Positions 43,801 to 64,000 of a stretch of DNA of 64,000 bases are shown piece by piece. The number at the start of each line of letters is the position of its first letter. The stretch's first letter is position 1. The DNA lies in the NCBI GenBank assembly GCA_030141605.1, contig JAQGDQ010000030.1, positions 789,171-853,170 of the forward strand, in the 5' to 3' direction. Origin of the DNA: Tubiluchus corallicola. Its lineage: Eukaryota > Animalia > Priapulida. Under the pieces are notes generated by a model. The model saw only the letters and a program-made list of their open reading frames with translations. It made no database searches and had not been told where the DNA came from. Position numbers and translations under genes: made by a program.

Positions 43801-46800
43801 GAACTTTGAACCTCTGAATTTCTACAATCCACTAATGTGCGGCATTGAAAATGGGTGTGATATGTAGGTCTCGCGGTCACATGGCTCTGTTTGTTGTTTA
43901 CACGAGAGGCGATCTGTTATGCCCCGAGTTGATCACTGTTTAAGCTTTCTAACGGTTATACCATTATCAACATTCCACTGGTACTCAAAAGCTAGTCCTA
44001 GGCGTTGGCCATGCAGACGAGCTTGGGCTAGCTAAAATTTGATTTCCGAAGGTGAGTTTGGAGGTGCGGTTGCTGTAGCTCGCATTTGCAAATCCTTTTT
44101 TGCAAGATCTCTGTTCGGCGCTAAATTTGAAGTGTTTCAATACTAACCAAGCGAAATGCTCAAGTTTATAAAGAAATAAACTCCTTTATGTGTATCTCGC
44201 TAGTCAGTAGTGTATTTTAACAGCAAGTGTCTATCAGGGTATCAGTTAACCTTCAATAACTTTGCTTTAGTATATAAAAAAGGCTTCACACTTAGTCTCT
44301 TCGTGGCCGAATTCATATCTTTTAGGTTATCCACTTATACACGGTGGAATTTGTTACCAGTGCATTAAATCTAATGAATGGTGATAATGTAGCTTCACTC
44401 TTTTAAGAATTAATATTTCTGTAAGGAAGGTACTGCCTAGTGCCTAGAAATTTAACTACTGAAATTCTAGTATTGGAAAACCATTAGTAGTTTACTCATA
44501 ATAATAAAAACAACAGTTTCTAGTTTTTCTCGTACTTCTTTTTTTAATTTTGCACAGTAACTGTTGTGTGTCCTGAAATAGAACTCATTAATGTTTAAAA
44601 AATGTGCTGAAAAGGCATTCTCAGTAAGTTTGCACACTAAAAATTCTGGTAAAATAAACTTTCCGCATAAAAATAAGAGCATAAGGTCACATGCTAAATT
44701 CCACAATAGAAAGGCGCAGTGTTCTAGAGAAACCGGTGTGTCTGTTTTGGCTTCAAACGTCATTATCATGTTACATCTATTAACGTCCGCACACGACAGG
44801 CAAACAAACAAACACCGTGTAGTTTCCTGCATCTAACTGCAAGTGGCGAGTCTAACTAAAAGATTTTTACAGGAAGTATCCCAAGACTCCCTAGTCGGAC
44901 ACTCTATTCGCGTGAATAGAAAATGGCTTCTGTGCTGGACTACAATTTGAGATCTGGTTTTGCAAAACTATGTAAATTAAAATCATCATGTAACATTTTT
45001 AATTACAAGCACACTATCCTTTGTAATAACTCACAAAAAATATTTTGGTCAAAAAATAAACTTATAAGATTATAAACTTATGCACTGATCTTCAAGAACC
45101 GCTTTGAGCGATCTTATGTATCTTATTAAGAACGTAGTCAATTGGCGCGTTAATGTTTTTGACAATACCAGACATGTGGTGAGGTTTTGACCTAGGCCCA
45201 AAAGCACACTGAAGGATAAAGTGTCAAAACACATTATTTATTGCTGATTCTTTTTCAAGAAGTTTATTAACACCTTTCCATTTTTGATGTTCTACATATC
45301 TCTATTGTTCTTAAATTTGGCCTCATTTTACATGCGTTGTTAAAGGATACTTAATTTCAGATACCTCATCATGCCTGTTACGTTGAAATAAACGCTATAG
45401 GGCCATTAAGTACTGTTTTTAATGGCATTAAATTTTAGTAAAACCAGCTCTACGATTTTGTTCCTTTCCAAGAAAAAGGATTTTATTTCCTAGGTAGTGC
45501 GAAGAATAAACAAACATGGTTTAAGATTTCGTAAGCACGCTTATTTCTGGTTGTGCAAGTTTCTTTTGTTACTATGTCTGCTTATGCCGCGAATTCCATG
45601 CAGTGTTCTGTACTTGTACAAAGCAACGAGTACCGTAATTTTTGCGCCTGGTATTGAAATATAAAATTTTATAGTCTACGGATAACTTACTGATTACCGA
45701 TTACTGACTACTGATTACCCGAATAGACACTGCTTATTTACTGTAGTTTAAAAGCATTTAGCTCTATATTACGCTCTAACAGACTGCATCTCTAGAATTA
45801 TAGTACACAGAAAAAGCACACTTAATGAACATAATTAGCATTACTTTTGCGTGCTTTGTTTGTGTTTTAGGCAAGCACAAATTTTCGTGTCATATGCCAA
45901 CTGTGGAGCCTCTTCTTCGCGACCAAGGGTTCCTCTTTTACACAGACCCTCCTACAACTATGAAAATTTTGGTCACTGACTTTTTTATTTTCATCAATTA
46001 CCTGTTAGGATAAATAATGAGCGAAGTGTTTAACAGTGACACAAAATATCTTCTATGACCTTCAAAACAGCTAAGGTTATTTACTATAGTCCCACTATAA
46101 GAGCGGTAGGTATAATGTTGAAGAGCATACGCTAATCTGCTCAATCCGTCGACTTATCAAAACAGATTCTTGTGATATTCAAGATCATATCATAAATACT
46201 TGGCTTCAAGAGAACATCTGCCGGATGGATACAGCAGGTTAAGTGCGCAACACTAGAAGCTGCGCACTGCATATGTACATTATATACAAGCAAACGCGAC
46301 GTACAGTATTATTATGTTGTTAGATGGCGCTACCACTTTGACGTCTGATCTGATCACTGTCATAACAACTAAGTTCTTGCAAGTATTTGTACGGCATGCA
46401 CTCCCCGTCAAAGAGATTTTCACTTGAAAGTGATTACTGATTACTCCTTTAGTCTTACTACATATTATTTATTTATTTATTTATTTTTTTATTTTATTTT
46501 ATTTTGTTTTATTTTATTTTATTTTATTTTATTTTATTTTATTTTATTTTACTTTACTTTATTTTATTTTATTTTATTTTATTTTATTTTATTTTATTTT
46601 ATTTTATTTCATTTCATTTCATTTCATTTCATTTCATTTCATTTCATTTCATTTCATTTCATTTTATTTCATTTCATTTTATTTTATTTTATTTTATTTT
46701 ATTGCGATTTATAAAACACAGTATTTTATAAAAGATGAGACTGGCAGCTGTTTCGCCTGCCTATATTGTGAAATGACAAATACGTGTACCATTAAATGCG

Positions 46801-49534
46801 CAAGTTTGCATTGGATAAAATTCATGTTATTGACATTAAATATACGATAAAAATCAATAAAATGTATACAAGGCGTAAATTTATCAAAATTGTAGAGATC
46901 ATTGAACCAAGGTAAAGATGTTTTATAAAAAATGTATTAAATTTGTAATATTTTAATAAACATGTTTCGCCTAATTTCATACTAAAAATTGATAGGCTGG
47001 AAGAATTCTTAATTATCATAACTGAGGTCATTCCTGATACAAAAGCATTTCTGTTTGAAAAAGCATATTAGTACAAGGTTAACTAAAAGAATAATAAAAA
47101 CGCTCCCACCACACAACCTCGCAAATGTGTGAGGGGAGCAAAAGTAAAGAAATAGTCGATATTTAAATCTGCCAATTTATTCAGTCTTGTACACGGTTTT
47201 AAATAAAAAATAATGCGCCTCATTTCAAGAGGCTGCAAACCAGTTTCAACTACAACTACTCTGTTCGTACAAGGGATGTGTCTTAATTGGGTGTCCCCCA
47301 AAGAGGGAAAAGTTCAAGTGTTACTATTGGTCCACAGGGGCTTTGGATACGGGCTTTATACACGCGCTATTTCAACACAAACATTTTGGACACGTAGGTT
47401 ATTTTTAGGCACAGACAGTTTTAACACTTATGTCATCTTGACACAAAGTAACTGAATAGTGACGAACAAAAGGGGAAGACTTAGATAGATAAGACATGTT
47501 ATACTACTACCAGATGACAACCCATTAAAATTAGCTTTCAAAGAAGCACTGAAGAAAGATAAAAAAACTGCAAGGATAGCTGTTAACTTATATTAATATC
47601 ATCCAAAAGAACTGCTCACCTATGTGTCCAAATAGCCTATGAGCCCAAAGTACCTTGTGTCCAACTGACCTATGTATCCAAATGTATCCAAAAATTATGT
47701 AGCTTTATTTCATGGCTACTTCATATATCGGGTGAATATCATATTAAGGGGAAATTTCTCAAGAATACACTTTTCCTTACAGAGTGCACTGGAGGGTCTG
47801 ACTCACTTCAAAATAAAAGTTTAGGAAAGAGTTTACAATCCCTACACAATTTAAATACCATAACCTAACCCCAACCCTAACTCTAATCCTAATTCGCTTC
47901 ACGGGAGTTGTAAACTTTAGTCAAAGTTTATCGTGGAACATATTTCAGGCTACCTGATAGGTTGGCTGATTACCGTCTTAAGCTAAATTTTCCCAACAGA
48001 TCACTCTTCCTCACAAAGTGTACTGAAGGCTCTGACACGCTTCAAATTATAAATTCAAATATCATTGAATACGCAAGAAGAATCATGCTGTTGACATGAA
48101 ATGGGTTACACGTGCAACGGATATTTTATTGACACTAGCCTCGCATGTCTTATGTATAACACAGAGCTAATTACGCTGATGTGATGATTCTTTAAATTTA
48201 ACAATAGTAAGAACGCGTTTCTTCGTTTTCTTGTACAATTTCACATCATTGATCGACATGTCGGCTACTCTAATTTACACGAATCGCAATAGCATTCTGA
48301 TTGCAGTGATCCGAAAATAAAATGGTTCCAAAAACCCTTAATAACAGCGGAACCCTAGAGGTACTTTTCATAAACAAAAGAGACTCCCCCTAAAAAGCAA
48401 CATATTAATTTCCTGATCAGACGTCGTGGTTAGACAGATAGATCATAAAGACAGCAATGTTACCGAAATATTATCTAGGAGATGGATGGAAGAATGTGTT
48501 TTGTGGCGCAAATGGAACAGAAATATGGACTGTGTAACGTCCGAAACAATGTCCAAACGTCCAAGGAGCAGATGAAATAAGATGGCAAACAAAAAAAAAC
48601 AAATAGACGAAACAGAAAAAACAAACCGAATATACTAAGCAGATGAAACATCAGAAGGACAAACTGAACCGAGTATAGCACACATGGAAAACGTGCGTTC
48701 CTAAATTCCTATCCAACCGCTAGTAATACTGTGCAACAAAACAACCTAAACTCAAATTTGTTAAACTGCAAAAAAAGGGCTGCAAAAACCTACCAAGTCA
48801 ATGGAACTGTAATGTTAGGATTAGGATTGTTAATTTCAGTGTAGACCATTGTTGGCAGGGTCTTTGTTTTATATCTGAGTGGCGTTGGGCAGATGTTTGG
48901 TAAAAACGTGTTCGTCGTATGAAGTTGTAACATTGTTTTTTGTGAAACTAAAGGGTGGCAGTCGTCTAGTCTTGTCGGTCAAGGGAAGTAACGTTACGAA
49001 ATAAACTATATAATATAATTTTTACTTCACAAAATTACGGCAAAAAACAAGAATACATACGTTTCCAAAATTCTACATTATGTAAAGATATTAAATACAT
49101 AAAATTGATACACAATTTTAAGATGATAGAGTGCCAAACCAATCTTTAATATTTTTAATAATGGCGAAATTGTCAATTGGGAAATTATTATTTTAAAAGT
49201 AATAATTAATATGTTTGGTTTCAGATATTAAACATAGTCCATTTCTCAACTCGCAAACGAGGGAGCACTCGATTTATTTTTCTGTTTATTTAAATAACAG
49301 CGGCAATTAATAGAATGGCAAATTTTAAAACTTTGAAAAACATTGTAATGAAATTAATTGCCACCTATAGCTTTAGTAAAAATCTCAGAGATGTTTTGGG
49401 ATGTCACCGGCACACCTTACCCTTTGTACAATTAATGGTTGATCAAAATCCGTTCCACCATGGAGTCTAAACCCCCACGCAGTGTCCAACCCATCTCTAT
49501 GTAGATCTACATCTTCTATTGTGAAACTGGCCAT
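31882..49534 (-). CDS. Zasp/PDLIM-family Z-disc protein with PDZ + ZM motif and no LIM domain (Zasp66-like), 403 aa, 9 coding exons
   Basis: Exons 49534-49421, 42625-42477, 40585-40513, 39375-39124, 37612-37484, 36311-36198, 35674-35523, 34483-34412 and 32038-31882 join in frame (1212 nt). PDZ: AWGFRLHGGTDFDQPLIVQRVFIGSPSEGGLHRGDELISI; Q/P/Y-rich linker; QPFRT...TGSYL motif; ZM: IVHAQYNSPLGMYSAENVADT; C-terminal SATARAVLEED...QSKSVSELQ. Confidence 0.9.
33899..34065. mobile_element. Tc1/pogo-like MITE
   Basis: Imperfect TIRs CAGTCAAACTCCATTATAGCGCC / GGCGGTATAAAAAGGTTGACTG, with TA on the left flank. Confidence 0.5.
37190..37370 (-). mobile_element. tRNA-derived SINE remnant
   Basis: The minus strand has A-box-like GTGCCTGAGTGGTTA and B-box GAGTTCGAGTC at tRNA spacing, but no complete cloverleaf. 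Confidence 0.5.
39862..40374. mobile_element. TTAA-flanked MITE, copy 2 (same family as 19094-19722)
   Basis: Ends TTAAAGGGAAAGAAAA / TTTTCTTGTGCTTTAA; shares ~220 bp with copy 1. Confidence 0.6.
42160..42240. repeat. 40-bp tandem duplication
   Basis: TAGGTGCATCTG(T/A)AATAA(A/G)TATTTAGAA(T/C)TTAGTCAAACT occurs twice. Confidence 0.85.
46465..46702. repeat. (ATTTT)n/(ATTTC)n pentanucleotide microsatellite
   Basis: Directly visible. Confidence 0.97.
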
Positions 49535-51504
49535 TTTGGTTTCGGTCTGAGTCACTGAGCACAGTAAGTACAAGTTTTGTCCAATGATTCACAAAGAAAT
49601 GACCAGTGATTAGAGCTAACGTACATGTGGAGTAACCAGCTTGTTAGCATGCATAAGCTTGCCTTCTCTCAGATTTAATTATCACGCTTTAAAGACTAAA
49701 GCACACGTTCACAACACCTGTTCAAAGTGCCAACACACTTGACTATACTAGTTTTAACACTTTTCGACAACGGCCACGTAGACCACTGTTTTGTTACTAC
49801 GTCTCGTCACATTAATAAACTTCTGTACAGCAGTGCCAAAAAACCCTCATATGAAACCCAGGGAATGAATGTACCAAGACCTGCATCTGCGAAGAGCGTT
49901 AGCCTTGGCTTCATCAAACGAAAACATGCAGAAACATTTTAGCTTCAGACAGCTGTAATGCAGCAGACCCAGAAGTAATTGGACCTGGGGGTTGTGTGTA
50001 GGAGAGATGGGGCTAGCTAGATCACACAGCTGCTAATATAATGGGAAACACAAGCTACGAGAAGGAAACAAGATTGGAAGGGCGAAGGAAGCCAACTAAG
50101 CCATTCTTTAAGATAAAACAGACAAGTTTCAACTGGAAAAAGATTTTTAAGCCAAGTCTCCCCACTTACATCATGTTCGTCATAATGAGAAGTTTAGTCA
50201 ATATTGCTTATCTGCCTTTTCCATTCAAAGTTTTTGTATCTACATTGAAGCTTTTCGTACGTCGAACTGCTAAAGTATTATTTGGTCATTTTTTCTCAAA
50301 TCGAGTTGTACAGATTTAGAATTCCTTGCCGGCATACATATATACATGTCTTCTACATATTAGACACATATAAGTAGTTATCTCTTTGTGTTTTTACCAC
50401 ACTTGTAAATATTGTATTTGTATGTTTTTTGCCAACATGTTTGATATATATTCTTTTTTATTATAGACTATATTTTACAATTGGGTGTGAATAAATCTAT
50501 ACCTGCCGCCGCGGCTTATGCAAGCCTTTCATTGTGTCTATTGCTATGTACACTGAGATCTCTACTCACTTTATACAAGCAAACACAAATAGTGGCAGTA
50601 TCACTCATAATAAATAATAAATGCGAGGATGATTTTTTAAATTTAAATGCTAGATATTTTTTGCAGGGTATCCAGCCAACAGATGTCCATCCATAAGCCG
50701 CAATTAAGTTTTAGCAACTACTACACGACTTGGATACAGCGAGTATTAAATCTAGCTTTTCGCGCAACCACATCTAATGATCACATACAAAGTTTTGCGC
50801 GAAAAGCATTACTAGAGGGCAGCAAAGCCCAATCTCAGACTCTGGGATGCAGCGTGCAGGACGCTGCCCGTGTATTATAAATAGAGTGCTAGAAAGATCT
50901 TGCTTCACACACACACACTTGTTATGCGGCGCAGTAGTGATAGAGTCCAGTTAAACAAGTGGATCTTAAAATTAAAGCAAATACATTGAACATTTAAAAC
51001 GTTATCAGGTAATGTAGTTAGCATTATCAGTTTACAACATATCATATTTATCGTCTTATTCCATCCTTTGAATAAGAGATTTACTCATTGTCAGACCTGA
51101 AACAAAGTTGAAATAGATACATGTTTCAATAAACAGGTAATGTTCTGCCTACCTGTTTGATGTTTTAGTTTTTATTTTAAGGTATGAGGTTTGAGAACTA
51201 AACTGATGGAGTCGGGCTTTCGATCCGCCATTTTGAATTCAAGATGGCGGCATTGACGCCATTTCTGCTCTGTGATCTTCAGTTCAGTGAGTCCCTCGAA
51301 GAACAGCTTAACTCGAACTTGTTAAGATTCTGCTTTCTTACAAAGAATCACAATGACGACTAATCTAACTTACTATTATAAAATTGCTCTGTTATAAAAT
51401 GTGCGCGTTCAGACTAGAGATCAAAATTTGTGCGAAAAATAATGACTAATATTAGCTATATGCTCTGATATTCATATTAGTTTCAAACCTATCTAGCTCT
51501 AACT

Positions 51505-52040
<536 letters not shown>

Positions 52041-52455
52041 TGTTCACCCGGTTTTTTCTTTTTTCCTGTCATGCATACTTTGGGCACAAAAGGTGTGAAA
52101 AGTCAAAGTAGGATCCGAAAAATTCGTAGGTGATGTTTAACAAACTCACGTGTTAACATTGTTGTGCATGCCAATAATAAAAGTCCAGTAAAAGTGTAAA
52201 CAAGAATGGAACAATGAAAAGTGAAGATCAGCACGTGTGGGCTTCGCCCGCCCCCATATCTGTGGCTTCACCCAGCTAGCCAGCACACTTGCTTTCACTG
52301 GGCTTCATTTCTCTGGTTCACTACTCCCTCGAGCAATAATAAACACAAACTCTGCATATTGGGTTTCGACAGATGTGTATAACGAAGAGAGGAAGTAGCC
52401 ATTGCCACACGCGCCCAACTCACTTGCCCGACAGTTTCTTGACAGTAAGTTAGCA

Positions 52456-64000
<11,545 letters not shown>

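Overview
AT-rich, intron-containing animal genomic DNA, probably from a protostome invertebrate (inferred from quiver-like and Zasp66-like genes). Genes reconstructed by hand from splice sites, left to right: a frameshifted SLC22 transporter pseudogene (-); a 4-exon secreted short pentraxin (-); an intronless hedgehog acyltransferase HHAT (+); a 3-exon GPI-anchored Ly6/quiver-like gene (-); 5-exon RPL18A (+) carrying an intronic SNORA68/U68 homologue; a 9-exon LIM-less PDZ+ZM Zasp-family gene (-); and a divergently transcribed Zasp/PDLIM-like PDZ paralogue (+) that runs off the window end. The rest is hAT-, TTAA- and Tc1-type MITEs, LINE and SINE remnants, and microsatellites; the homopolymer-like ORFs in the track are repeat artefacts. 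The best leads are two unannotated structured-RNA candidates in RPL18A introns 1 and 3 (the first has a G-U-rich helix just upstream of a possible poison exon), the head-to-head Zasp pair, and inverted 25-bp arrays bracketing the Ly6 coding exons. No prokaryotic-type system such as CRISPR is present. All family assignments come from recalled motifs, not database searches.
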